NCBI GenBank assembly: GCA_963701965.1
Contig: OY969695.1
Coordinates: forward strand, 1,728,001 to 1,792,000
Length of the DNA: 64,000 bases
Reading direction: 5' to 3'
From: an uncultured Gemmatimonadales bacterium
Lineage (GTDB): Bacteria; Gemmatimonadota; Gemmatimonadetes; Gemmatimonadales; Gemmatimonadaceae
How positions within the stretch are numbered: the first letter of the stretch is position 1; each line of letters starts with the position of its first letter. Positions 20,651 to 31,552 of this stretch are shown piece after piece. Under the pieces are notes generated by a model. The model was not told the origin of the DNA. It saw nothing but the letters and a program-made list of their open reading frames with translations, and did not search any database. The position numbers and the translations under genes were made by a program.

Positions 20651-22642
20651 CGCGGCCGACGCCACCCGCCGAGCTGACCGCCCGCGCGCTGCTGCTCGGG
20701 GCGTTCCTCGGGATCGTGTTCGGCCTCGTCACGGTGTACGTCGCGCTGGAGGTGGGACTCAACTTCAGCGCCTCGATCCCGATCGCGGTCCTCTCCATCA
20801 CCGTCTTCCGGCGCCTGGGACACGGGTCGGTGTTGGAGAAGAACATGGTCCAGACGGTGGGGTCGGCCGGCGAGTCGATCGCGGCCGGTATCGTCTACAC
20901 CATGCCGGCGCTCCTCTTCCTCGGTTACCAACTCGAGCTGTGGCGCATTTTTTGGCTGGCCCTCGTTGGCGGCATTCTCGGCGTGCTGTTCATGGTGCCG
21001 CTCCGGGAACATCTCGTCGTCAAAGAGCACGGCCGGCTGATCTACCCCGAGGGCACGGCGTGCGCCGACATTCTCATCTCCGGAGAGCGCGGAGGCGCGT
21101 TCGCCCGACAGGTCTTCCTAGGCCTGGCCGTCGGCGCCGGCTACAAGTTCGCCATGAGCGGCCTGCGGTTGTGGCGCTCGTCGCTCGACTGGACGCTGAG
21201 TGGACTCCGCGGTGCGGTGCTCAGTCTCGACCTGGCACCCGAGCTCTTGGGGATAGGCTGCCTGATCGGACTCCCCGTCGCCCGCGTCATCTTCGCGGGC
21301 TCGGTCATGTCGGGCATCGTGCTCATCCCGCTGATCTACTTTTTCGGCGAGCAGCTGACGGGCCCCATCTACCCTTCGTCCGTGCCGATCGACCAGAATG
21401 GCCCCGGGCGACATCTGGTCGAGTTACCTGCGGTATGTCGGCGCCGGAGCGGTCATCGCCGGCGGCGCGCTGCTCCTGTTTGGCGCGCTGCCGACCGTCG
21501 TCGCATCGCTGCGCGGTCTGCGCGCGTCGCGTACGACCGATACGGCCAATGCATCGCGGGACCTGTCGCCCCGCACCGTAATCGGCGGGGCGGTGCTCAT
21601 GTTGGGCGCGCTCTACGCGCTGCTCTCCATCGCCATCAATCCGGGGGGCCAAGCCAATCTGCTGTCGACGCTCCTGGTCGCGGTGTTCGGCTTCTTCTTC
21701 GTCGTCGTGTCCGCGCGGATCACCGGTCTCATGGGATCGTCCGCCAATCCGATCTCAGGAATCACGATCGCCGTCATCATGCTGACCTGCCTCCTCTTCG
21801 TCTCGTCGGGTTGGGTCGGCGGGACCTACGAGATCATCGCGATCAGCATCGGCGCCGTGGTCTGCGTCGCGGCGTCGAACGCCGGCACGACGGCGCAGGA
21901 TCTCAAGACGGGGTACCTAGTGGGCGCGTCCCCGCGACGCCAGCAGATCGGCCTCGTAGTCGGCGTGCTGACGTCGGTGCTCTGCATCGGCTACACCTTG
22001 ACGTGGCTCAACGGGCACGCCGCTCCGGTCTCCGTCGCCGCCACCGCGCTCCCCAGCGATAGCCGATTGGTCGAGACCGGGATGCGATTCCAGGGCGGCA
22101 CGTACGACGTCTACGCCGTCCGCACGGGCAGCGGCATGCCGGCCGGGCGGTACCTCGTGACGCCTGGCGATCGGCGGACGGCGTTCCGGGAGACACAACG
22201 CATCGGGTCCGCGCAACTCCCGGCGCCGCAGGCTCAGGTCATGGCGATCCTGGTCGACGGGCTCCTCAATCATCGGATGCGCTGGCGTCTCTTGCTCGTC
22301 GGCATCGTGATCGCGTTGGTTCTGGAGCTGGCCGGTGTCCGGTCCCTGCCCTTCGCCGTCGGGATGTATCTCCCGCTGTCGGCGACAACGACCCTGCTGG
22401 TCGGCGCCCTCATCGGGCGCCTCGCCAAATCCGGAGAGTCGGGCACGTTGTACAGCTCCGGGTTGATCGCCGGTGGCGCCATGAGCGCCATCGGAATCGC
22501 GGTCGCATCGAGCATGGGACTGCTGGATCGATTCGACTTGGGCAGCCGGCTCGGGCTCTCCTTCCTCCAATCGCCGATCTGGGCGCTGGCGACGTTCGTG
22601 GCGCTCTCGGGAATCCTCTGGCGCGAGAGCCGGTCCCGCTAG
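20647..22642 (+). CDS. OPT family oligopeptide transporter, frameshift at ~21396
   Basis: SASIPIAVLS, QTVGSAGES, YPEGTACA, NPISG, AQDLKTG, APQA, PFAVGMYLP across two frames. Confidence 0.9.
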
Positions 22643-23361
22643 ACCTGCGCCCGGTGGTAGATCCTGAGCTCCGGAATGATCGTGTCCGGATCCTGCTTGA
22701 TACAAAAGACGACGGCCGCTGCGACAGGCCGGGGATCGAGCCAGTCCAACCCGAGGTGCCACACTTCGGACTCCTCGGCCATCGGCGTCAGGATCATCCC
22801 TGGCGTCAGGGCGGTCACCCGGATGCGCGTTTTCTTGAGATCCTTGGCCACCGACTCGGAGAACCCGAGGATGCCCCACTTCGACGCACAGTAGGCCGAG
22901 CTGTCCTCTTCACCCTTTTTGCCCGATCCGGACGAGATGAAGATGATGGTACCGTCGCCGCGCGCGCGCATGTCCTGGACGAGGGCCTCGCGCGTACAGA
23001 GAAAGTGACCCTTGAGGTTGGCGTCGTGGATGCGGTCCCACATCGCTGTCGACGTCTCCCAAATGGGAGCGACCTGGCGAATACCGGCGTTGTTCACCAG
23101 GACGTCGAGCCGGCCCCAGCGGGCGATCACATCACGCGTGAAGGATTGCACCGCGCGCTCGTTCCCAATGTCGGCCGCGAACGCCAGCGTCTCGACGCCG
23201 CGCTCGCGCCCGATGGCCGCCATCCGGGCCGCCAGCTCCTCGCGCTTGACGTCGACACCGGCCACGCGCACGCCTTCCTGCGCCAGGGCGTCGGCGATCT
23301 CGGCGCCGAGCCCGCGGGCCGCGCCCGTCACGATCGCCGTCTTGCCCGCGAGATCAGACAT
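22639..23361 (-). CDS. Short-chain dehydrogenase/reductase
   Basis: TGAARGLG, NNAG, YCASK. Confidence 0.9.
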   Translation of the reverse strand: MSDLAGKTAIVTGAARGLGAEIADALAQEGVRVAGVDVKREELAARMAAIGRERGVETLAFAADIGNERAVQSFTRDVIARWGRLDVLVNNAGIRQVAPIWETSTAMWDRIHDANLKGHFLCTREALVQDMRARGDGTIIFISSGSGKKGEEDSSAYCASKWGILGFSESVAKDLKKTRIRVTALTPGMILTPMAEESEVWHLGLDWLDPRPVAAAVVFCIKQDPDTIIPELRIYHRAQV

Positions 23362-23737
23362 GCTTGTTGGCCTTCTCGGTGTCGAAGTACTCGCGCACCC
23401 AGTAGATCTTGCCGTCCTTGATCTCAATGAAGAACGCGCCGGTGTTGCTGTAGTTCTTCCCGGTCTTCGGCTTGAGATGGCTCCGCCACTCGATCATGAC
23501 CGTTGAGTGCTTGGGATCTTCATCGAGATGGACGACCTCGAAGCGCACCTCGTGGAACGCGGGAAACACGCGCTGGCGAAAATAGTCAGCGATCTTCGCG
23601 TTGCCTTCGAGATCGACACCGAAATCGGATCCGGGCGCCGAATGCTTGGCCTGGGAATGCAACAAGGGCTGCAGTTGGTCGGCACTCATTGTATTGTAGC
23701 AATCGACCATCTGTCGCACGAGATCGACATTGGACAT
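23354..23737 (-). CDS. SnoaL/NTF2-like protein
   Basis: 127 aa ending DGKIYWVREYFDT; RBS AGGAG. Confidence 0.85.
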   Translation of the reverse strand: MSNVDLVRQMVDCYNTMSADQLQPLLHSQAKHSAPGSDFGVDLEGNAKIADYFRQRVFPAFHEVRFEVVHLDEDPKHSTVMIEWRSHLKPKTGKNYSNTGAFFIEIKDGKIYWVREYFDTEKANKHV

Positions 23738-23768
23738 GCTCCTGCTCTCCTGGCTACGGGGTTGATGC

Positions 23769-24155
23769 TCAGTCGGGTACGACGGCGGTCACTTCGATCT
23801 CCACCCGCGCGCCATCCTCAATGAGACCGGCGACCTGCACGGCGGTCATCGCGGGATAGTGGCGGCCGATGATCTCGCGATAGATGGTGCCGATCTCCCG
23901 GTGGGCGCGCACATATTCGTTCTTGTCGATCATGTACCATGTCATGCGGACAATGTGCGACGGTTGGGCGCCGCCTTCCGCCAGAATGGCCACGATGTTC
24001 TCGAGCGCCCGCCGCGTCTGCGCCGCGAACCCGTCGGCGAGTTGCCCGGCTCGATCCCATCCGATCATGCCGCTGACGAACACCGTGCGACCTTTGGCGA
24101 CCATGCCAAAGGCGTAGCCCTTGGGCCGCGGCCAACCCGGCAGCTCAATCCGCAT
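23769..24155 (-). CDS. RidA/YjgF family protein
   Basis: GWPRPKGY, FVSGMIG, YPAMT, VEIEVTA. Confidence 0.9.
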   Translation of the reverse strand: MRIELPGWPRPKGYAFGMVAKGRTVFVSGMIGWDRAGQLADGFAAQTRRALENIVAILAEGGAQPSHIVRMTWYMIDKNEYVRAHREIGTIYREIIGRHYPAMTAVQVAGLIEDGARVEIEVTAVVPD

Positions 24156-24573
24156 GGAACACCGCCAGGCGCGCGCGCAGGTCGGCGGGAATCGGCGAGG
24201 GCCGCTTCGTGGCGGCATCGGTCAGCACGAGCACCGAATTCCCGCGGACGCGCTCCCCGCCATCCGGTCCCGATAGCACGATCGCCAGACCCACGGAGCT
24301 CGTGCCAATGCGCCGCACCGCGAGCGTGGCCGTGAGCACATCACCGAGCATGCTGGGCGCCACGAAGTCCACATCGAGATGCACGGTCGGCAGGCCCCAT
24401 CCCCGCTGCTGATGAATCTCGGCGAACGAGACGCCGAGCTCGTCCCGGCACCAATCTTCGACGAGATTGTTGAACATCTCCAGATACCGCGGGAAGAAGA
24501 CGATGCCGGCCGGATCGCAATGGGCGAAACGCACTAGAATGTCCGCGCGATAGACGCGGCCTCGCTCAGCCAC
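24145..24573 (-). CDS. 4-hydroxybenzoyl-CoA thioesterase family acyl-CoA thioesterase
   Basis: [17 protein letters not shown] hotdog-fold motif. Confidence 0.9.
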   Translation of the reverse strand: MAERGRVYRADILVRFAHCDPAGIVFFPRYLEMFNNLVEDWCRDELGVSFAEIHQQRGWGLPTVHLDVDFVAPSMLGDVLTATLAVRRIGTSSVGLAIVLSGPDGGERVRGNSVLVLTDAATKRPSPIPADLRARLAVFHAD

Positions 24574-25717
24574 GGGGACCCTCGCTGTCCTGGAATGCCT
24601 TGATGATGCCGCGCGCGATGATCAACTGCTGGACCTCGGTCGCGCCCTCGTAAATGCGGAGCGGCCGGATCTCGCGGTAGAGTCGCTCCACCGGTTGATC
24701 GCGCACCACGCCGAGGCCCCCGAACATCTGCAGCGCCGCATCGATCACCTGTTGGGCGGTCTCGGTGGCGGTCATCTTGGCCATCGCCGCTTCGACCGTG
24801 ACGCCGCGACCCATGTCGCGCTGCCACGCGGCGCGGTACGTGAGGAGCGCCGCGGCGTCGACGCCGGTGGCCATGTCCGCCAGCTTGGCTTGGGTCAGCT
24901 GAAAATCAGCCAGCGTCTGGCCGAAGAGGGTTCTGGTGGTCGCGCGCCGGAGCGCCTCATATAACGCACGCCGCGCGAATCCCACCGCCGCGGCGGCGAC
25001 CGACGTGCGAAACACGTCGAGCGTCGCCATGGCGACCTTGAATCCTTGCCCGGGCGCCCCAATGACCTGCGCCGCGTCGACTCGACAGTCGGTGAAAACC
25101 AGCCGCGCCAACGGATGTGGCGCCATGACCTGGATCCGCTCCCCGGCGTTGAAGCCGGGGGTGCCGGCTTCGACCACAAAGGCGGTGATGCCTCTCGCGC
25201 CGGGCGCTTCACCGGTCCGGGCGAACACGACGTAGAAATCGGCGATGCCGCCGTTCGAGATCCACGTCTTCTCGCCATTGAGCACGTACGCATCGCCCTC
25301 CCGGCGTGCGGCGCACTGCAGCGCGGCGACATCCGATCCGGCCGCCGGCTCCGACAGCGCGAATGCCGCAATGGCATCGCCGGTGCCGGCGCGGGCGGCA
25401 TATCGCTGCTTCTGGGTCTCGCTGCCGAACAGCGTGATGGCGCCGGAGCCGAGTCCTTGCATCGCGAACGCGAAGTCCGCCAGGCCCGAATGAAACGCCA
25501 GCGTTTCGCGGATGAGGCACACCGCGCGGGTGTCGATGCGCTCGCCGACCGCGTGGGCCAACCAACCGGCATCGCCGAGCGCGCGCACCAGCGCACGACA
25601 GGCGGCATCGACGTCGGCGTCGTGGTCTGGCGTCACGTGGGTGGTGGCCCACGCGTCGCAATCGGTCACTACGGTCTGGTGGCGTGGCTCGAAGAACGGC
25701 CACGCCGAGATGGTCAT
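24566..25717 (-). CDS. Acyl-CoA dehydrogenase
   Basis: [38 protein letters not shown]. Confidence 0.95.
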   Translation of the reverse strand: MTISAWPFFEPRHQTVVTDCDAWATTHVTPDHDADVDAACRALVRALGDAGWLAHAVGERIDTRAVCLIRETLAFHSGLADFAFAMQGLGSGAITLFGSETQKQRYAARAGTGDAIAAFALSEPAAGSDVAALQCAARREGDAYVLNGEKTWISNGGIADFYVVFARTGEAPGARGITAFVVEAGTPGFNAGERIQVMAPHPLARLVFTDCRVDAAQVIGAPGQGFKVAMATLDVFRTSVAAAAVGFARRALYEALRRATTRTLFGQTLADFQLTQAKLADMATGVDAAALLTYRAAWQRDMGRGVTVEAAMAKMTATETAQQVIDAALQMFGGLGVVRDQPVERLYREIRPLRIYEGATEVQQLIIARGIIKAFQDSEGPRG

Positions 25718-25729
25718 GGCGGTCCACGG

Positions 25730-26587
25730 TCAGTTGCCTTCGAACACCGGCTTCTGTTTGGCGACGAACGCATGATAGGCGCGATGGAAATCGTTCGTCG
25801 CCATGCAGATCGCCTGGGCCTGCGCTTCGGCCTCGATGGCCTCATCGACGCCCATGTTCCATTCTTGCTGCAACATGCGCTTGGTCATCCCGTGCGCGAA
25901 CGTGGGGCCGGATGCCAACGTCTCGGCCAGCGCCCGCGCGTCGGCCAGCAGCGACTCGGGAGCACACAGGCGATTGAGGAACCCCCACCGCTCGGCCTCC
26001 TCGCCGCCCACGCTGCGGCCCGTGAACAGCAACTCGGCCGCCCGCCCCTGGCCGACGACCCGTGGCAGCAGGGCGCACGCGCCCATGTCACATCCGGCCA
26101 ATCCCACCCGCGTGAAGAGAAACGCCGTCTTGCTGCGCGCCGTGCCGAGCCGGAGATCCGAAGCCAGCGCCAACAGCGCCCCCGCGCCCATGCACACGCC
26201 GTCAATGGCGGCGATGATTGGTTGGGGACAGGCGCGCATTGCCCGCACCACATCGCCCGTCATCCGGGTGAACGCCAACAAGCCGGGCATATCGAGAACG
26301 GTGAGCGGACCAATGATCTCGTGCACATCGCCGCCCGAGCAGAAATTCTCTCCCGCGCCCGTGATGACGATGGCCTTGATATCCTCGGCGGCGACCATCG
26401 CCCGGAACAGGTCGCGGAGCTCGGCGTAGGCGTCGAACGTCAATGGGTTCTTCCGCTCCGGCCGGTCCAGCGTGATCGTCGCCAACGCGCGCTCGACGGC
26501 GAACCCGACGTGCTGGCCATTGTAATCGGCGAGGCGGCTCCGATGGCCCGGCAAGTGATGGGACTCGCCCGGGAGATATCGCATCAT
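25730..26587 (-). CDS. Enoyl-CoA hydratase/isomerase family protein
   Basis: [29 protein letters not shown]. Confidence 0.93.
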   Translation of the reverse strand: MMRYLPGESHHLPGHRSRLADYNGQHVGFAVERALATITLDRPERKNPLTFDAYAELRDLFRAMVAAEDIKAIVITGAGENFCSGGDVHEIIGPLTVLDMPGLLAFTRMTGDVVRAMRACPQPIIAAIDGVCMGAGALLALASDLRLGTARSKTAFLFTRVGLAGCDMGACALLPRVVGQGRAAELLFTGRSVGGEEAERWGFLNRLCAPESLLADARALAETLASGPTFAHGMTKRMLQQEWNMGVDEAIEAEAQAQAICMATNDFHRAYHAFVAKQKPVFEGN

Positions 26588-27072
26588 GTGACCAATCCGA
26601 CTTTGAGTTTGCGCAGCATGCCGAGCATCGCCTGCTTCTCATCCTGGCTGAGACCGGCCATGAGCTCAATGATCCATTCCTCATGGTGGGACGCCATCTC
26701 GCGGAATCGCTTGAGGCCCGCCCGCGTGAGCTTGACGGTCACCGCGCGCCGATCGCTCTGCTCCAACGTGCGAACGACCAACCCTTCCCGCTCGAGCTGG
26801 TCCGTGATGCCGGTGACGTTGCCACCGGAGACCATGAGGCGCTGGGACAGCTCGGACATGCGGAGCCCGTCGGGATGCCGCTCCAGCTGCGCCAGGAGAT
26901 CGAATCGGGGAAGCGTCGTCTCGAATCGCTCCCGCAACCGCGTCCGGACCCGACCCTCGATGCGCATGGTGCAGGAGAGCAACCGCAACCAGAGCCGCAG
27001 GGCCTGATGGTCGTCGGGCGTGGCGCGCGTCTCCAGGTCGACCAAGTCGACCTCGGTGGCTCTCGCTCTCAT
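26584..27072 (-). CDS. MarR family transcriptional regulator
   Basis: [36 protein letters not shown] wing motif. Confidence 0.93.
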   Translation of the reverse strand: MRARATEVDLVDLETRATPDDHQALRLWLRLLSCTMRIEGRVRTRLRERFETTLPRFDLLAQLERHPDGLRMSELSQRLMVSGGNVTGITDQLEREGLVVRTLEQSDRRAVTVKLTRAGLKRFREMASHHEEWIIELMAGLSQDEKQAMLGMLRKLKVGLVT

Positions 27073-27779
27073 GTCACCTCGCCCCCGGCCACCGGGATCG
27101 CCTGCCCGGTGATCGCTTCGCTGCCCGGGGCGCACAGCCAGGCCACGGCGTTCGCCACTTCCTCGGGCTGCACGAACCGGCGCTGCGGGTTGCGCGCGAC
27201 CAGCTCGGCCGCGGCCTGCTCCGCCGTGCGCCCGGTCCGGGCGACGATCGTCGCCACGGCGTCCCGCATCATGTCTGTTTCCGTGTATCCGGGACACACG
27301 GCATTGACGGTGATGCCCGACGTGGCCACCTCCAACGCCAACGCCCGGGTCATCCCGATGACGGCGTGCTTCGCGGCACAATACGCCGACACATACCGGT
27401 ACCCGACCAGGCCCGCGGTACTGGCAATCGTCACGATCCGCCCCCAGCGCGCCGCCAGCATACCGGGCAACGCCGCCTGCGTGCAGTAGAACGCGCCGTC
27501 GAGATTCACGGCCATCGTCTCGCGCCACAGCGCGCGATCGGTGGTCGCGAAGGACGCCGAGCGGGTGCCGCCGGCATTGTTCACCAAGATGTCGACGGGG
27601 CCGATGGCTTCGAACATCCGCGCGACGGCGTCCGGGTCCGTGACATCGGCCTGGACAAATGCCTTGGCGCGGATCGGAGTCCGTCCGGCGACCGTGACAT
27701 CGACGCCAAGCGCGCGCAGCGCGCTGGCGACGGCCGCGCCAATGCCGCGGGTGCCCCCTGTTACCAGAGCACGTCTCAT
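27069..27779 (-). CDS. SDR (3-hydroxyacyl-CoA dehydrogenase-like) of the anthraniloyl-CoA cluster
   Basis: [25 protein letters not shown]. Confidence 0.9.
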   Translation of the reverse strand: MRRALVTGGTRGIGAAVASALRALGVDVTVAGRTPIRAKAFVQADVTDPDAVARMFEAIGPVDILVNNAGGTRSASFATTDRALWRETMAVNLDGAFYCTQAALPGMLAARWGRIVTIASTAGLVGYRYVSAYCAAKHAVIGMTRALALEVATSGITVNAVCPGYTETDMMRDAVATIVARTGRTAEQAAAELVARNPQRRFVQPEEVANAVAWLCAPGSEAITGQAIPVAGGEVT

Positions 27780-30064
27780 GGTTGGAGAGCCAGCTGCGCG
27801 GCGCGGGCCATGTTGCGCTCCAGCTGCTCCTTCCCATTGAGATAGGGATCGGGCCACCAGACATTGGCGTAGGCCTGTTTCGCGGCCTCGTGCAACGTCC
27901 ACGCCGGATCGGCCAGGTGGGGGCGGGCCACCGCGCACAGATCGGCGCGTCCCGCGGCGATGATCGTGTTCACGTGATCGCCGTCGAAGATATTGCCGAC
28001 CGCAATGGTCGCGATGCCGGCTTCGTTGCGGATCCGGTCGGCGAGTGGCACCTGGAACATGCGGCCGTAGACCGGTCGCTCGGCCTTGCTCACCTGCCCC
28101 GACGAACAGTCGATCACATCGGCGCCCGCCGCCTTGAACAATCGCGCGATCTCCACCGCGTCCTCGGGCGTGACGCCGCCGGATACCCAATCATGGGCCG
28201 AGATGCGGACACTCATGGGCTTGTCGTGCGGCCAGACATCGCGCATGGCGCCAAACACCGCCAGCGGATACCGGCACCGGTCGCGCAGTGACCCGCCGTA
28301 TTCGTCCGTCCGCTGGTTGGTCAACGGCGAGATGAAGCTGGACAACAGATAGCCGTGCGCGCAGTGCAGCTCCAGCCAGTCGAATCCCGCGGCCGCCCCG
28401 CGCCGCGTCGCGGCCACAAACTCCCCGAGGATGCGGTCCAAGTCCTCCCGCGTGGCTTCGCGCGGCACGGCGGAGACGCCGGCAATGTAGGGCAATGGAG
28501 ACGCTGATACGAGGGGCCAGTTGCCGTCCTCGAGCGGCTGATCGATCCCCTCCCAACCGCGGCGGGTCGATCCTTTGCGACCGGAGTGACCGAGCTGCAA
28601 CGCGATCGCGGCGTCGGTCTCCCGATGCACGAAGTCGACGATCCGGGTCCAGGCGTCCTGTTGTGGTGCGTTCCAGAGTCCGAGGCACCCGGGCGTGATG
28701 CGTCCCTCGGGTGACACACAGGTCATCTCGGTAAACACCATTGCGGCCCCACCCATGGCCCGCGCGCCAAAATGGACGAGATGAAAATCGTTCGGCATCC
28801 CGTCCGTGGCCCGATAGGTCGCCATGGGAGAGACCAACACGCGGTTCTTGAGCGCTACGCCGCGGAGCCGGTACGGCGTGAACATCGGCGGACGGACGTC
28901 GCTCACGCCACTGCGCTCGGCAAACCACCGCTCAATGCCGGCCACGTACCCCGCATCCCGGACTTTGAGATTCTGATGCCCAATGCGCTGGCTGCCAGTG
29001 AGCAAACTGTACGTGAATTGCTCGGGGTCGAGATGCACGTACCGCTCGACCTGCTCGAACCATTCCATGCGGTTGCGGGCGGCAGCCTGGAGCTTGAGCG
29101 CTTCGACTTCGCGTTCGGCTTGATAGCGCCCGAGCGCCGCCGACACATCGCCCTCGTGACACGACAGAACGCGGGCCAGCGCGATCGCGTCCTCCATGGC
29201 CAGCTTGGTCCCGGACCCGATGCTGAAATGCGCCGTGTGCGCGGCGTCGCCGATCAGCACGATATTCCCGTGGTACCACTTCTCGCACAGCACGCGATTG
29301 AACGCCAGCCAAGCGGTGGACCCCCGCCGATGCCGGGCGTTGGAGATGAGGGCGTGGCCGTCGAGGCGATCGGCGAACAGCTGCTCGCAGAACGCGACGG
29401 ACGATTCGGTGTCCATCGTATCGAGACCGGCGGCCTTCCAATTCTGCTCCGGCGTCTCGACAATGAATGTCGACCAATCCTCGGCGAACCGATAGGCGTG
29501 GAGATTGAACCAGCCCCACGGCGTCTCGCGAAAATCGAACGTGAAGGCGTCGAGCTTCTGTCGGCTTCCCAGCCAGATGAACCGATTCTGTCGGACCTGG
29601 ATGTTGGGGCGAAACACATCCTCGTACGTCTTCCGCGTGATCAATGCCACGCCGTCGGACGCGATCACCAGGTCGTATTCCGACGCATACCGGGCCGTGT
29701 CGACGACCTCGGTCTCGAATTTCAGACGGACGCCGAGATCGGCGGCGCGCTGCTGCATGATCTGCAGCAACGTGAGGCGGGCGATGCCGCAGAAGCCGTG
29801 GCCGCCGGAGGTGACGGTGCGCCCCCGAAAATGGACATCAATGTCATCCCAATGCCGGAACGCGCGGGTGATCGCCTCGTGCGTCTCGGGGTCGGCGACG
29901 CGGAAACCATCCATCGTCTGGTCGGAGAACACGACACCCCAACCGAACGTGTCGTCGGGTCGATTCCGCTCGACCACGGTCACGTCCCACGAGGGGTTGG
30001 CTTTCTTCGCCAGGATCGAGAAGTACAATCCGGCCGGACCGCCGCCCAGACACACGATTTTCAT
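27776..30064 (-). CDS. abmA: Anthraniloyl-CoA (2-aminobenzoyl-CoA) monooxygenase/reductase, same family as bifunctional salicylyl-CoA 5-hydroxylase
   Basis: FAD monooxygenase half ([34 protein letters not shown]) fused to an Old Yellow Enzyme half ([16 protein letters not shown]). Confidence 0.9.
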   Translation of the reverse strand: MKIVCLGGGPAGLYFSILAKKANPSWDVTVVERNRPDDTFGWGVVFSDQTMDGFRVADPETHEAITRAFRHWDDIDVHFRGRTVTSGGHGFCGIARLTLLQIMQQRAADLGVRLKFETEVVDTARYASEYDLVIASDGVALITRKTYEDVFRPNIQVRQNRFIWLGSRQKLDAFTFDFRETPWGWFNLHAYRFAEDWSTFIVETPEQNWKAAGLDTMDTESSVAFCEQLFADRLDGHALISNARHRRGSTAWLAFNRVLCEKWYHGNIVLIGDAAHTAHFSIGSGTKLAMEDAIALARVLSCHEGDVSAALGRYQAEREVEALKLQAAARNRMEWFEQVERYVHLDPEQFTYSLLTGSQRIGHQNLKVRDAGYVAGIERWFAERSGVSDVRPPMFTPYRLRGVALKNRVLVSPMATYRATDGMPNDFHLVHFGARAMGGAAMVFTEMTCVSPEGRITPGCLGLWNAPQQDAWTRIVDFVHRETDAAIALQLGHSGRKGSTRRGWEGIDQPLEDGNWPLVSASPLPYIAGVSAVPREATREDLDRILGEFVAATRRGAAAGFDWLELHCAHGYLLSSFISPLTNQRTDEYGGSLRDRCRYPLAVFGAMRDVWPHDKPMSVRISAHDWVSGGVTPEDAVEIARLFKAAGADVIDCSSGQVSKAERPVYGRMFQVPLADRIRNEAGIATIAVGNIFDGDHVNTIIAAGRADLCAVARPHLADPAWTLHEAAKQAYANVWWPDPYLNGKEQLERNMARAAQLALQP

Positions 30065-31549
30065 GCCAGCACCTTGAGGACGGCTTCGCCAAGCTTGGCG
30101 CCCGTGTCGTCGGCCAACGCCGCCTCGCGCAGCGTCCGCACGCGACCGGCCGCGTCGCTCTTCCCTTGGAGCTGCCCGATCGCGCCGATCACGGTGTCGA
30201 AGTTCCGGGTACCGCGGCAATGGGTGTCCCCATAGCCTTTGACCACACGCGCGCACTCCGCGACCTCGACGGCCAACGCATAGTCCACTGGTGCCAACGA
30301 CGCGATCCGCGCCAACCACGCGGCAATGCGCTCCCGCTCCCGTTGAAACCGCAGGGACGCGCGCCGCCATGGCCGCAAGCTCGCCACGACATAGAGTTGC
30401 ACATATCCGCTGAGGGATGTGGTCTCGAGGACCGTCCCTTTGCGCGTGATCCGTCCGATCGCCTTCGTGGCCCAGCGGCTGTTGTGCAACCACCGTCCGA
30501 GTCCGGTCGGCATGACGTCCGCCAGCTCGTCGATGCCGGGATGCAGGAACTCGTTGATGCGCACCACCTGGTGCGCTCCCGCCCTGGCCTCCTGCTGGAC
30601 CCGGTCGAACCGCGTCCGCCGAATCTTGAGATCGGCCACCCGGATCGCGTCCTCGTAGGTCATCCACAGCGCCAGATATCGCGCGGTCTCCCGGAGCAGG
30701 GCGAACTCCCCGCGGCCGTACCGCGCATCCGCCTCGCGCACCGGATCCAGCCGATCCAAATACTCGGCCGCGTACCGCTCGTCCTGATAGTCGGCGAGAC
30801 GCGGCACCGCGGTCAGGAGGATCTCGTGACTCGCCGCCGGAAAGGTCCGTTCGACTCTCCCGACCAGTTCCCGTATCCTGGGCCCGGCCTTGGCCTGCGC
30901 TGGCGAGGGACCGGCCGCCGCATCGGGCCGCGACGCCGAGTCGAATCCCGCCGCGAACGCCGCGCGGCTCGACTTGACCCCGACACCGCCGCGCTCAATG
31001 GCCTCCTCGTACTGCTGGCGCGTGAACGGCAGCGCGCTGCGTTGCCGCCAGGGCGCCCAGGAGCACAGCGCTGATGACGCTGCCGGCCCGCTCCGCCACC
31101 CGCGCGAAATCCCGGGCCACCAACACGCGCGCCGCTCCTTGGGCCGCCGCCAGCAGGGCCGCCGCGTCGACCCGCCCGTCGCCGCTATCCGTGCGCTCGG
31201 TCATCGAATACACGCGATGCGTGGACGCGATGAGCGTCGTGCGATCGGGCGTGACGAGCCCCCGCTGCACGGCGCGTCCGGCCTCCATCAACTCCGATGC
31301 GATGACGACGTCGAGCTCGCCGGGCACGGGCATGAGCGCCAACACCGGCTCTTTGCCCGCCGCTCTCGCCTCGGCCTCCGGGAAAATCTCCAGATAATAG
31401 ATGGTGGTGCCGGTGCGCTGCGCCACGCCCGGCACGGACGTGGTCTGGGCATAGTAGCCCGCGTGTTCGGCGACATCGACGATCCAGTCGGCGAGTACGC
31501 CGCCGCCTTCCCCGCCCATCGCCAGAATGGCGACCGTCGTGGCTCTCAC
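30061..31549 (-). CDS. iorB: Indolepyruvate:ferredoxin oxidoreductase beta-family subunit (long form), frameshift at ~31040
   Basis: AMGGEGGG, QTTSVPGVAQRTG, then LADYQD, MTYEDAIRVA, KGYGDT. Confidence 0.85.
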
Positions 31550-31552
31550 GCG

